Positions 46,394 through 57,710 of a stretch of 64,000 nt of DNA are shown here, piece by piece. The DNA comes from Myxococcales bacterium. GTDB taxonomy: Bacteria; Myxococcota_A; Polyangia; Fen-1088. The first letter of the stretch is position 1. Each line of letters opens with the position of its first letter. Both the position numbers and the translations under genes were made by a program. Under the pieces are notes generated by a model, which did not search any database, was not told where the DNA came from, and saw only the letters and a program-made list of their open reading frames with translations. The stretch lies in assembly GCA_031431215.1 (NCBI GenBank), contig JANPCZ010000013.1:8903-72902 (forward strand), given 5' to 3'.

Positions 46394-47152
46394 TCACCGT
46401 CGCGGTTTCGACAGACGCGCCGCCAGCGCGTGCAAGGTGGCCTGGGCCTCGGGCGAAAACCAGCTTTCTGTGACCGCGTCCAAAGTCGCGGCATCGAGCG
46501 CGGCGAAGCTGGCAAGCAGCGGCTGCCGGGCGCGCCGGCGGGTCTCGGCCATGGCGATGGGCGGACGCGCGAGCAACTCGTTCGCCCAGGCGATTGCGCG
46601 CGGAACCACAGCGTCGACCGCTGCAACTTCGTCGACCAGGCCGCAGCGCAGGGCCTCGGCGGGGCCGATCAGCAAGCCGGGCACCGCCAGCCGTTCCGCC
46701 TGCCGCGCGCCGACCACATACGCCAGCGCGCGCAGCAGGAACTCGGGCACGGGCAGGCCGACCTGCACCTCGTTCAGCCCGACCACGAACGGCCCGTCGG
46801 CCAGCACGCGAAAGTCCGCGAACAGAGCCATTACGGTGCCGCCCGCGGGGCTGTGGCCGGTCAGACCGGCGGCGATCGGGATCGGGGAAGCGGCGATGGT
46901 CCGCATCAGGCCGAAGAAGCCCGCCCATGCCGCGCGGATCTGGGCCCGGTCGAGCGCCAGCCATTGCGGCACGTCGAGCCCGCCCGAGAACCGCCCCGGC
47001 GCACCCGAAAGCACGATGGCACCAGCACCCGCGGCCGGTGCATCGCCGATGGCGCGATCTATCGCCGTCACGAACTCGGGGCCCAGCGCGTTCACCGGCG
47101 GCCGCGCCAACCGCAGCTCGCGCACCCGGCCGTGATCGACGATGTCCAGCAT
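46394..47152 (-). CDS. Enoyl-CoA hydratase/isomerase family protein
   Basis: Sequence MLDIVDHGRVRELRLARPPVNALG...IVLSGAPGRFSGGLD...AGLTGHSPAGG. Confidence 0.8.
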   Translation of the reverse strand: MLDIVDHGRVRELRLARPPVNALGPEFVTAIDRAIGDAPAAGAGAIVLSGAPGRFSGGLDVPQWLALDRAQIRAAWAGFFGLMRTIAASPIPIAAGLTGHSPAGGTVMALFADFRVLADGPFVVGLNEVQVGLPVPEFLLRALAYVVGARQAERLAVPGLLIGPAEALRCGLVDEVAAVDAVVPRAIAWANELLARPPIAMAETRRRARQPLLASFAALDAATLDAVTESWFSPEAQATLHALAARLSKPRR

Positions 47153-47204
47153 CCGGGCAGTCTAACTGCGCCGGTCGGGGGTAGCGCCGGCTTTCAGCCG
47201 AGCT

Positions 47205-47939
47205 TCAGCTGCGACCGATGTCGAGGCTGCGGAGCTTCCACACCTGGGTGACAGCCTCCATGAAGATCTCGCCGCTCATCTTCGATTTACCGAGGACCCG
47301 GTCAGGAAAGACAATGGGCAGCTCGCGAATCTCGCAGCCGTGGCGCGCAGCCCGGTACTTGAGCTCGATCTGAAAGCAGTACCCGGTCGAGGTGACCTCA
47401 GAAAGGCCGATGGTCTCGAGCGCCTTGCGGCGAAAGCCGTTGAACCCGCCGGTCAGATCGCGCACACCGACCCCCAGGAGGAGGCGAGCGTAGAAGCTGC
47501 CCCCCCACGACACGAAGCGCCGCGCGGCGCCCCAGTTCTCGACATCGCCGCCGGGCACCCGGCGCGAACCCACCACCACGTCGGCGCCGTCCGCCAGCGT
47601 GCGTACGAACTCGGGCAGGTACGCAGGACGGTGGGAAAAGTCGGCGTCGAACTCGAAGATGTACTGGTACGGCCGCTCCAATGCCCAGGCGAACGCCGCC
47701 AGGTAGGCGCGGCCAAGGCCCTGCTTGCCGGGCCGATGCAGCACGTGCACGCGTGAGTCGGCGGCCGCCAACGCGTCCGCGATCTTGCCGGTGCCGTCGG
47801 GCGAGTTGTCGTCGACCACAAGCACATGCGCGGCCGGCACCGCGCGCAGCACCTGGGGCACCAGGCTGGGGAGGTTCTCGGCCTCGTTGTAGGTCGGGAT
47901 GCAGATGAGCGCGCCCGCGCCGTCGTGAGTTTCAGCCAT
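47205..47939 (-). CDS. GT2 polyprenol-phosphate mannosyltransferase (Dpm1/Ppm1-like)
   Basis: Internal start MAETHDGAGALICIPTYNEAENL. Motifs VVDDNSPDGTG, GKQGLGRAY and FDADFSH. Confidence 0.8.
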   Translation of the reverse strand: MAETHDGAGALICIPTYNEAENLPSLVPQVLRAVPAAHVLVVDDNSPDGTGKIADALAAADSRVHVLHRPGKQGLGRAYLAAFAWALERPYQYIFEFDADFSHRPAYLPEFVRTLADGADVVVGSRRVPGGDVENWGAARRFVSWGGSFYARLLLGVGVRDLTGGFNGFRRKALETIGLSEVTSTGYCFQIELKYRAARHGCEIRELPIVFPDRVLGKSKMSGEIFMEAVTQVWKLRSLDIGRS

Positions 47940-48199
47940 GCTGGAATCGCGGGCCCAATCTCCTCCGAGAGGCGCCTGCTGCGCAAGTGTGTGCGAAAGA
48001 CGGCGGCCCCAGGCCCGGTGTGACGCCCGCACTCCGAATCCCTGGTCCCCGCCTTGCACGGTCGCTGTCCGCGAATGATGAACCTTCCGGCCCACCTGGG
48101 ACGAGCACCAACCGGAGGCGTGCGACCGGCGCCTTCCGCACGGATCACTGCCGAATTGGCAGCTTGCCCACGACCGGCGCAAGCTAAGGTGGTCACGAC

Positions 48200-49486
48200 A
48201 TGACCGATGGGGGCAAGCCGGCTCGCGGCCGCATCGGCGGACTCTCGGGCAGCGCGCTGCTGGTGGCGGCGTCGCTCGGACCGCTCTTGCTCGCGAGCGC
48301 CATCTTCGCCGAGCGGGGCATCTCGCGCGCCGGCGAGGCGGTGCTGCGCGGCGAGGCCGAGGGCTGGGTGCGCGCCTTCTTCACCTGGCAGCCCGCCGGC
48401 CGCATGCTGCCCACAACCGTCGCAGATCTGACGGCCTTCCTGGCCGAGTACCAGTCGGCCGGCCTGCGCTACGTGGCGCGGGCCCAGCCCGACGGTCGGG
48501 TCGAAGCGGGCACCCCGGCTTCGGCGTTCGACATCGACAGCGTACCGGTTGCCCAGCACCTGCGGGTCGGCAACGTCATTCGCTTCGGCGTCCCCATGCC
48601 AAGCCGGCCGCCGCGCCCGACAGGTGGAATCGTTGGGCCACGGCCGCCACCACGGCCGCTCATCCCCGGCGAGCGGCCGCGTAGCATGCTGGTGTTCGAA
48701 TTCGAGCCGCGCGTCTGGCCCGAACTGGCGCGCGAGTCGCGTCGCATGGGCGTGCTGGCCAGCATCACCGCCATCGCCGTTGTGTTGCTCGCCCTGGGTC
48801 TGTGGCGATCGAATCGACGTCGGGAGACGCTGGAACGACAGGCGCAGCAGGATCAGCATCTGGCTTCGCTGGGCGAGATGTCGGCGGTCCTTGCGCACGA
48901 GATCCGTAACCCGCTGGCGTCGCTCAAGGGCCACGCGCAGCTACTGGTCGAGTCACTGTCACCCGGCGAGAAGTCGCACCAGAAGGCCGACCGCATCGTG
49001 CAAGACGCGTTGCGGCTGGAGCGATTGACGTCGGACCTGCTGGCGTTCGTACGCAAGGGTGATCTGACCCTGGCACCGGTGGACCTTCGCGATCTGGTCA
49101 AGGCCGCGGTTGCTGGCGAGGTGCCGCCGGAGCGCCTGCATCTGGCGCTGCCGGACCAGCCGCTGGTCGCCGCGGTGGATGCGCCGCGCATGCGCGAAGT
49201 CATCGAGAACCTGGCGCGCAACGCCGCTCAGATCGCCGACGGTCCCGTGGCGGTCGACCTGCGCGCCACCGACGACGGCGTCGAGGTAACCGTGCGCGAC
49301 CATGGCCCGGGCATTCCCGCCGGCCAGGAAGAGCGCATCTTCGAGCCGTTCGTCACCACACGCGTGCGCGGCACCGGCCTCGGTCTGGCGATCGCCCGCC
49401 GCATCGCGGTTGGCCACGGTGGCACCATCAGCGCTGCCAATCATCCCGACGGCGGCGCCCTGTTCCGCCTGTGGCTTCCGCGCTAG
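48200..49486 (+). CDS. Sensor histidine kinase
   Basis: Two TM segments. H-box [21 protein letters not shown]1 and G2 boxes are [15 protein letters not shown] and GTGLGLAIA. Confidence 0.85.
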   Translation: MTDGGKPARGRIGGLSGSALLVAASLGPLLLASAIFAERGISRAGEAVLRGEAEGWVRAFFTWQPAGRMLPTTVADLTAFLAEYQSAGLRYVARAQPDGRVEAGTPASAFDIDSVPVAQHLRVGNVIRFGVPMPSRPPRPTGGIVGPRPPPRPLIPGERPRSMLVFEFEPRVWPELARESRRMGVLASITAIAVVLLALGLWRSNRRRETLERQAQQDQHLASLGEMSAVLAHEIRNPLASLKGHAQLLVESLSPGEKSHQKADRIVQDALRLERLTSDLLAFVRKGDLTLAPVDLRDLVKAAVAGEVPPERLHLALPDQPLVAAVDAPRMREVIENLARNAAQIADGPVAVDLRATDDGVEVTVRDHGPGIPAGQEERIFEPFVTTRVRGTGLGLAIARRIAVGHGGTISAANHPDGGALFRLWLPR

Positions 49487-49495
49487 GGTGCCACG

Positions 49496-50893
<1,398 letters not shown>

Positions 50894-50960
50894 AGCCGCA
50901 AGGGCCGACCGGCACGTTCGACTTCGTCCTCGACGTGTGATCCGAGAAGCAACGGTAGCG

Positions 50961-51392
50961 TCACGAAACCAGGACGTTGCGCCACCGTAGGCGGGGAAAG
51001 CGCTTGAATCCCGCGTCGGCGGTCCACCATTCGCAGCCGTGCTCCATCGCGAGAGCGGCCAGGTAGGCGTCCGTCGTATCGGCGCCACGGCTACCAGCCA
51101 CGGTGGCAAGGCCCTGGAAAATGCCCCAGTGCCGCGGGCCGGGCGCAACCACCACGGCATCGGGGTGATCCCGAAGCGAGTCTACGAATGCGAACGCACT
51201 CGCGAGGCTGGCGGGTTGCTTGAACACCCTCGGGTTGGTGGCGATACGAACCACCGCTGCCAGCACCAACTCCGAAACGGCGAATCGGTCCCCGCCTGCG
51301 ATGAGCCCCTCCATGCGAGCGCGGCACACCTCGTGATGAGGAGACTCGGGCATTCCGGCGCTCAACACCACATTGACGTCACACAGGACCAA
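50961..51392 (-). CDS. vapC: PIN-domain toxin (VapC family)
   Basis: Starts MVLCDVNVVLSAG and contains TDAYLAALAMEHGCEWWTAD. It lies 10 nt downstream of the antitoxin. Confidence 0.75.
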   Translation of the reverse strand: MVLCDVNVVLSAGMPESPHHEVCRARMEGLIAGGDRFAVSELVLAAVVRIATNPRVFKQPASLASAFAFVDSLRDHPDAVVVAPGPRHWGIFQGLATVAGSRGADTTDAYLAALAMEHGCEWWTADAGFKRFPRLRWRNVLVS

Positions 51393-51402
51393 GTCGAAAC
51401 CG

Positions 51403-51633
51403 TCACCTTTCCAGGAGATCGCTGGTATCGGTCAGGTCAACGCCTGGAAGGGGGGCACCGCCATCCATCATGCGCAGGCGGAAACGCTTGGCTCTTGGCA
51501 CCGGCGCGCTGTCTCCGGCGAGGTACCTCCTCAGGCTGTCCTCCACCAGGCGCGCAAGACTCAGGCGTCGGCGGGCCGCCAGTTGCTTGGCTTCGATGAG
51601 CACGTGATCGGCGATGTCCAGGGTGGTTCGCAT
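51403..51633 (-). CDS. vapB: VapB-like antitoxin
   Basis: Internal start MRTTLDIADHVLIEAKQLAARRRLSLARLVEDSLRRYL. Confidence 0.7.
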   Translation of the reverse strand: MRTTLDIADHVLIEAKQLAARRRLSLARLVEDSLRRYLAGDSAPVPRAKRFRLRMMDGGAPLPGVDLTDTSDLLER

Positions 51634-51702
51634 GGCATAAATATGTCTCACGCTTGTGCCGCGAGCAAGGCTTACACCGGCGCGCCAGGGAACCGGCGCG
51701 CG

Positions 51703-53307
51703 CTACGGCTTGACGTCGCGGAGCGCGATCAGCTTCGCGCGCATCTGATCCAGGTCGGTCTTGAGGCGCGTGACATCCCCTTGCCAGTTTGCGAACGCAG
51801 GGCCGTTGCTGTCGAGGCGCACCGCTTCGCTTATCTGCGCCGCCCACACGTCGATGTCGGCGCGCATGCGATCGGGATTGAAGGGACCCGCGAGCAACTG
51901 ATTCACCGCCGCCACGAACAGCGGCCGCCCCGCGAGCGCCAGGCCGCGGTACACGCGATCGCAGCCGGGGTGCATGATGTTGGTCGATGGTGGAAACGCG
52001 AGGAAACGCCGCGAACAGTCCGCTGGCGGCTTGTCCCACGGCGTGAGAATCGCCTTCTCGCGAGGGTCGGTGACATTGAATGTGAAGTCGAGATCCCACG
52101 GGATGAGCCACAACCGCTTCTCGGTCTCGGACTCGTAGATGTAGAAGTTGTGGTTGGTGCAGTTGGGAAAGCAATAGAACGTCAGCGGGCCATCCCAGTT
52201 GGACACAGCGTGGTCGATCACCAGCACCTTCATCAGGTAGTCGACGTTCATCCACGAATCGATGACCTTGGGCAGGTCGGCGGGGCTGGCGGCGTAAAGC
52301 GCTTGCTGGAATTCGAGGATCTTCGTTGGTGGCACGACCTTCTTAGTCGGGTCGGTGGGATCGGGCTCGTTGGTTTTCTGGCCTGCAACGTAGACCTTCG
52401 GATCGGCGGACTGCGGCCAGGTTTCCTTGTACAGGTTGCCGTCGCCAGCGCCGGGCCACCACAGACGGGTGAACCGGCCGTCAACTTCCTCAGTCAGGCC
52501 AAACAGACCCTTGTACGCGCCGTTGACGAACACCTTGGCGTGCACCGAGCGCGACGCCGGAATGCCGTGCTGGCGGAACATCTTGTACGCCAGTCGCTCA
52601 CGCAGGTGCGAGCCGTCGAGTTTGTGCGAGTGAAGGTTGATTTTCTTGAGGCCGTGAAACCGCTGGTTGACGTTGTACTCGGCGAAATCGACCTTGTACG
52701 ACAGCTTCTTGCAGGTGTTGACGTTGTTGACGAAGCAAGCGCGGAACGACGCGTACCCGCCCTTGTAGCGCAGACCTACCTGACCGGCATCCTCGCCATC
52801 TACAGTCAAGGTCGCTGGCACGTACAGCTCCATCAGTGCGGTGTCGTCGAGCTTCTTGAGATCGGCGGCGCTCAGAGTCAGGCGCCACTCCGACAGCTTC
52901 TTCTCGTCAAACACGAAATCGGTCGGGCTGGGCAGCGCGCCCGCGTCGCCAGCATCTCTAGCAGCACCGGCATCGAGGCCCGATCCGGCGGCTCCGGCGT
53001 CGGCCGCACCTGGCATGCCGGGCGGAGAGCTGGCATCCGCACCGGACACGCCGCCCGCACCCCCGGCGCCCTGAGGCGGTCGCCCGGGCATCACCACCGA
53101 GCCGCCGTCACCGCCCGTCATACCACCGGAAGGTCCATTGCCATTGGCCTTCCCGCCGCCGCCGCCGCCCGGCGCGCCCGCCCGGCCCGGCCGGGGGCCA
53201 CTGTCGACGCTGCCGGCTCCGCAACTCCCCAGGACAGGCAGCAAGGCCGCCAGAACAAGACCCGTGCGCAAGCTAGTCCTCATCGTCAACTGATAGTCCG
53301 CTGTCAC
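51703..53307 (-). CDS. CotH-family (atypical kinase) lipoprotein
   Basis: Lipobox LGSC and a Gly-rich linker. CotH-like core is KKINLHSHKLDGSHLRERLAYKMFRQHGIPASRSVHAKVFVNGAYKGLFGLTEEVD. Confidence 0.7.
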   Translation of the reverse strand: MTADYQLTMRTSLRTGLVLAALLPVLGSCGAGSVDSGPRPGRAGAPGGGGGGKANGNGPSGGMTGGDGGSVVMPGRPPQGAGGAGGVSGADASSPPGMPGAADAGAAGSGLDAGAARDAGDAGALPSPTDFVFDEKKLSEWRLTLSAADLKKLDDTALMELYVPATLTVDGEDAGQVGLRYKGGYASFRACFVNNVNTCKKLSYKVDFAEYNVNQRFHGLKKINLHSHKLDGSHLRERLAYKMFRQHGIPASRSVHAKVFVNGAYKGLFGLTEEVDGRFTRLWWPGAGDGNLYKETWPQSADPKVYVAGQKTNEPDPTDPTKKVVPPTKILEFQQALYAASPADLPKVIDSWMNVDYLMKVLVIDHAVSNWDGPLTFYCFPNCTNHNFYIYESETEKRLWLIPWDLDFTFNVTDPREKAILTPWDKPPADCSRRFLAFPPSTNIMHPGCDRVYRGLALAGRPLFVAAVNQLLAGPFNPDRMRADIDVWAAQISEAVRLDSNGPAFANWQGDVTRLKTDLDQMRAKLIALRDVKP

Positions 53308-53341
53308 TTAACGGTCAAGCGCGCTCTGGCCCCACGCGCCA

Positions 53342-54976
53342 TCACGGCAACGTCATCGCCCACAGGCCGTCATGTTCGGACGGGCGGCGTTTTCGCACCA
53401 CGAACACGACCGACGCCCCGGCATCGAGCATGCCGCAGGTTGTGCAGGCCGGCGCCACCACGAAATCGGATACCGAGCGCGCGACCTCGCGTACGATTCC
53501 AGTGTCGAGCTCATACAGCGTCAGTGCGCCGACTCTATCCTGCGATGACCAGTCGGTGATGGCGAGCACGCGCCGGCCCGCAGCCACGAACAGGGCATGC
53601 CGGCCGTCGGCTGAACCGCGGGCCCCCAAGAGACGAGCGATGCGCCGGGTGGCGCCGGTGGCAGGCCGGGCCGCATAAAGAGCCCAGTCCCGCGTCGAGA
53701 CACTGGCCGCGAACACGATCGACTCGGCACCGTCGATCACCTCGAACGCCTCGAGGTTTCGGCCCGGCGCCGACAGGCTCCGGGGCATCGCGTCCGGATC
53801 GTCGGTCGGCCGCGCGAGCAGAGTCGTGGTGTCGCCGGTGTCGCCGTCGACCACGGTCGTGTACGCGACGAAGTTGCCGTCGGTGGAGAACCTGGCGCGA
53901 GAGACGACGGCACCGAGAAGACCCGCCCGCAACCCGGCGCCCGCACGTACCAGATAGGCTGCGGGCCCAAAACGCGCGACCGCCACGCTCGCGCCGTCGG
54001 GCGCCCACGCCAGCGATGCCGGTTCGAACATGGCGTGGGCCAGTTCAACCTGCGGAATCGCGAACGCCGAATTCGAACTGGCGTCGCTGCGCATGAAATG
54101 CAACTTCGCGTGCGGCTCGGGCGTTGATTCGGATTGCACGACCTCGTAACACAAGAGACCCGCTGACAGTGGGTCGAACCCCAGGAAGCGGCACTGCGCG
54201 GGCAGTGGCACGCGTGGGGCATCGCGAGTCTGCGTGTCGACGACGAACCAGTCCTTGTCCAGCGTGCGTGGATCTGGCTTCGCGACGAGTACGCGCAAGT
54301 CCGCTGAATCGACGGCAAAACTACTGGCGACGCCGACCATTGCCAGGGCCTCCTCGTCGTTGCCGCCGGAGACTCGTTTGAGCACCCCTAGCGGGTCGAT
54401 GAAATACACGTACCCGCGCGGGCTGACCCATGGCTGCGCCACGACACCGAGCGCGCGGCGCACACCCTCCGCATTCACGAGATAGCCGACTGGCTTCGGT
54501 CCTGTCGCATCGAGAACCTGGACGAACACCTGATCGGCTGCGTGGGCGAAGGTTCTGACCTGATCGACGCGCCAGCTGACCGCGCCCGAATCGAGATCGA
54601 AGCGCGACAACGACACCGGCGAGCCCGGGGCCCACGTTGGCAGGGACTGCCCCGCGGGCGCCACCGGGTCGACCACCACGTAGGCCGCTCCGTGGCCGTC
54701 GACGTCCACCGGCCAGGCACCGCGATCAACCAGCTTGCGTGCCGGCCCGCCCGCGAACGGCACCGACCACAACTGCGCCACTGGTCGCTCGGGATCGCCG
54801 TCGATCCTGGGCACTTCGAACACCACCACGGGGCGGTCGCGGCCCGGCACGATCGCCATGCGGCCGACATCCCGCCCGGCCAGCAGTTGCAGTCCCGACG
54901 GTGGCGATGCCGCTTCCAGGCACGCCAGGGTCGGCGTCACGGTCGCGAGGACGAAAAGGCCGATTGCGCGCATCAA
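53342..54976 (-). CDS. Hypothetical lipoprotein with PD40/TolB-like beta-propeller features (paralog A)
   Basis: Lipobox TLAC. PD40-like segments are WAPDGASVAV and FSTDGNFVAYTT. Its C-terminus ...DGLWAMTLP is shared with paralog B. Confidence 0.55.
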   Translation of the reverse strand: MMRAIGLFVLATVTPTLACLEAASPPSGLQLLAGRDVGRMAIVPGRDRPVVVFEVPRIDGDPERPVAQLWSVPFAGGPARKLVDRGAWPVDVDGHGAAYVVVDPVAPAGQSLPTWAPGSPVSLSRFDLDSGAVSWRVDQVRTFAHAADQVFVQVLDATGPKPVGYLVNAEGVRRALGVVAQPWVSPRGYVYFIDPLGVLKRVSGGNDEEALAMVGVASSFAVDSADLRVLVAKPDPRTLDKDWFVVDTQTRDAPRVPLPAQCRFLGFDPLSAGLLCYEVVQSESTPEPHAKLHFMRSDASSNSAFAIPQVELAHAMFEPASLAWAPDGASVAVARFGPAAYLVRAGAGLRAGLLGAVVSRARFSTDGNFVAYTTVVDGDTGDTTTLLARPTDDPDAMPRSLSAPGRNLEAFEVIDGAESIVFAASVSTRDWALYAARPATGATRRIARLLGARGSADGRHALFVAAGRRVLAITDWSSQDRVGALTLYELDTGIVREVARSVSDFVVAPACTTCGMLDAGASVVFVVRKRRPSEHDGLWAMTLP

Positions 54977-54977
54977 C

Positions 54978-56672
54978 TCACGGCAACGTCATCGCCCGAA
55001 GCCCGTCTTGCTGCCACGGGTTGCGGTGCCGCACCACCAGCGCCGCCGGCGCGCCCGGATCTAACAAGCGGCAGGTCGGGCATGGCCGCGCGACCGCGAA
55101 GTCGGACACCGCGTGCGCCAGCACCTGCTCCGCGCCGGTGATCAGATCGAAAAGGACCAACGTGCCGTTGCGATCCTGGGTCGACCATTCAGTGATGGCA
55201 AGCGCGCGGCGACCGGACGTCTGCAAATGCGTGAGCGCCGAAAAGTCGTCGTCGGAGATGCGCACGAAGGTTCGACCCACGCCCTTTGCGACGAGCCGAT
55301 AGGCGCCGCTGGCCGGGTTGGCGACGTAGAAATCGTAGGTATCCGAGGCGAGTTCCGTCAAGTACCCGACCGGGTCGTCGCCCTCGACAAAGCGCAGGCT
55401 GAACCAGGCCGCCCCGGCGGGCGACAACGGTCGCGGCGGCGCCAGAAAGCCGATGTCCTGGGCGACGAGTTGCCACGAATCCTCGGACGTGGGCCTGGTG
55501 GGGGTCTGGTAGAGGAGAAAGCGCCCGTCGGGACTGAATGCCGGGTGGAGAGCATGGACGCCGACCCGACGCAGGGTCGGGTCCACGGTCGGCCGGAACG
55601 CGAACACGGCCTCGCCCGTGTGCAACACAGCGACGTCTCCCGCGGGTGCCCAGCGCAGATCGATGCCGATGTCGCCCTGACCGCTGACCACGAAGGCATC
55701 GTCCTTGCGCAATGGCACATCGAGCACCTCGTGATCGGTGACCGCGGCGTGAACCGCGTGCAGGCGCCAACGAAACCTGTCGGTGACATCCAGAAAGTAC
55801 AACCGCCGGTCGCGCGGCCCGAAGCCCAGAAACTGCGTGGCAGGCGGCAAGTCGATCGGAACCACGGTCTTCTCTTCCAGGTCGGCCAGCAGCCAGCGCG
55901 GCGGCATGGACAGCATGCGTGGCTCGACGGTCTGCTCGGGACTACCGGTCTCGGCCAGGACGCGTTTGTCACCGGGCTCGATCCAGTAGCGGCGGACGTT
56001 GGACAGGGGCAATGGCTCGACGTGCGCGTCGGGCCACGGCAGGTGGAACGCCTGGTTCGACGAGGTCAGGAAATAAAGTCCGCCCCGACTACCAACCTTG
56101 GCCTCACGCACAAGCTCCAGTTCACGCCGCTTACCCTCGGAGTCCACAACGAATCCGGGCCCGGCCTTCGGTCGTCCTGCGGACACCGGGTTGAAGAACT
56201 CGGTCGCCAGGAAAGTCTGGAAGAAGAACGAGTTGCCACCCAGGAAGGAAAAATTCGTGACGTCGGGGATGTCCTCCAACCGCTCGCCCGAGCCCAGCTG
56301 CACACGCTGCAGGTTGGCGCGCCGGCCTGGCTCCCACTGCACGCCCGAAACGCCGTCCTGCTTTTCGAGGTCGTGCAACACGAACGCCACACCCTGCCCG
56401 TCGACGTAGAGCGGACGCGCGCCGTTGTCGGCCAGCTTGCCGGGAATGCCCCCGGCGAACGGCACCGTCCACAGGCGCGGCGCCTCGGGGTCCGGCTCGC
56501 CGGTCCGCTTGGCGGTCTCATAGATCACGTGCACGTCGTCGCCCACCCGCACCACCCGCGGCGCCACCGCCTCCCGCCCCGGCAGCAGTGTGCGGCCTGC
56601 CGGCGGCGGCCCCGGCTGCAGGCAAGCCGCGACCAGCATGGGCAGCGCGCACGTGAAACACCCCCACCGCAT
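54978..56672 (-). CDS. Hypothetical lipoprotein with PD40/TolB-like beta-propeller features (paralog B)
   Basis: Lipobox VAAC. Segments FSPDGRFLLYQT and WAPAGDVAVL. C-terminus is ...DGLRAMTLP. It lies 1 nt from paralog A. Confidence 0.55.
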   Translation of the reverse strand: MRWGCFTCALPMLVAACLQPGPPPAGRTLLPGREAVAPRVVRVGDDVHVIYETAKRTGEPDPEAPRLWTVPFAGGIPGKLADNGARPLYVDGQGVAFVLHDLEKQDGVSGVQWEPGRRANLQRVQLGSGERLEDIPDVTNFSFLGGNSFFFQTFLATEFFNPVSAGRPKAGPGFVVDSEGKRRELELVREAKVGSRGGLYFLTSSNQAFHLPWPDAHVEPLPLSNVRRYWIEPGDKRVLAETGSPEQTVEPRMLSMPPRWLLADLEEKTVVPIDLPPATQFLGFGPRDRRLYFLDVTDRFRWRLHAVHAAVTDHEVLDVPLRKDDAFVVSGQGDIGIDLRWAPAGDVAVLHTGEAVFAFRPTVDPTLRRVGVHALHPAFSPDGRFLLYQTPTRPTSEDSWQLVAQDIGFLAPPRPLSPAGAAWFSLRFVEGDDPVGYLTELASDTYDFYVANPASGAYRLVAKGVGRTFVRISDDDFSALTHLQTSGRRALAITEWSTQDRNGTLVLFDLITGAEQVLAHAVSDFAVARPCPTCRLLDPGAPAALVVRHRNPWQQDGLRAMTLP

Positions 56673-56763
56673 CAGACGCCCAGTGTACCGCCCCGATCGG
56701 CACGGACGATGCTCACGCCCCCGAGGCGGCCCGCAGCATGCTTCATGCTACCTTCTCGCCACC

Positions 56764-57531
56764 GTGCTGCCTGACAAGGCACTTGGTTCCTTGGCCGCCG
56801 CGTACGGTCGCGCCTTGGTTGCGGCAGATGCCGCGCGGGTGGGCCAGACCCGCGCCGAGGAGCGACGCTTTCTGGCTGCGATAACCGCCCTGTGCGCCGG
56901 CGAATCGTATTTCCACAACGGCGAGAACGTGTTTCCGGTGGTGCTGGCTCACGTGGCGCCAACCGCCGCGGCGGATGTGCGGCAGCGCGTGCTCGGCCAC
57001 CTGCGGCTGACACTGGTCGATGCGTTCGCGTACGCGGTGCCGACGGCGGCGGCCCTGCGCGCGATCGCGGCTCTGTCACCCATCGTCGAGCTGGGCTGTG
57101 GCGGCGGCTTCTGGGCGTGCTCGCTCGCCGAGCTGGGCGCCGACGTGCGTGCATACGACGTCGCCCATCCGCTGGCGGGCGACGCGCGCGCACGCCACCG
57201 CGTGCCGCATCACCGCATCCAGGTTGGCGATCCGGCCACCGCCCTACCGCGCGAGCGCGACGCGCGCACGCTGTTGCTGTGCTGGCCACCGGGCGTTCTC
57301 GGCCGCGACGGCCGCCGCCCCCCGGGGCCCGCGTGCTTCTCGACCATGGGTGAGGACGCGCTTGAACGTTTTGCCGGTGAGCACCTGGTCTTCGTCGGCG
57401 AGTTCTCCGACTCGTTCGGCACGCCGCGCTTTTTCGCGCTGCTGGAACAACAGTTCGCGCTCGGCGAACGCCACGCCTTGCCCAACCTCGGTAAGTGGCA
57501 AGACGCTGTCTACCTGTACCGGCGCCGCTAG
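56764..57531 (+). CDS. Hypothetical protein with a SAM-methyltransferase-like motif I
   Basis: GTG start at 56764 (uncertain). Motif IVELGCGGGFWACSLAELGADVRAYD. No other motifs were recognised. Confidence 0.4.
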   Translation: MLPDKALGSLAAAYGRALVAADAARVGQTRAEERRFLAAITALCAGESYFHNGENVFPVVLAHVAPTAAADVRQRVLGHLRLTLVDAFAYAVPTAAALRAIAALSPIVELGCGGGFWACSLAELGADVRAYDVAHPLAGDARARHRVPHHRIQVGDPATALPRERDARTLLLCWPPGVLGRDGRRPPGPACFSTMGEDALERFAGEHLVFVGEFSDSFGTPRFFALLEQQFALGERHALPNLGKWQDAVYLYRRR

Positions 57532-57710
57532 CCCATTCGGGAACCAAGCGCCCACGGAGCGACGGCAATTCCTTTCACGCGACCGCCGCTGCGCGGATAA
57601 CATGCGACCCAGATGCGCGTCGCCCAGCTGATCGGAGCACGCCGCTTTCATCTCGCAGAGGTGTGCGTCCTGGCGGCCGACATCTGCGGCATCGTCCGAC
57701 TCGACGATCA

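Noticed and set aside
51373-53559. 728-aa plus-strand ORF
   Set aside because: It lies antisense to the CotH gene and the vapBC pair, has no motifs and has a biased Arg/Val/Gly composition.
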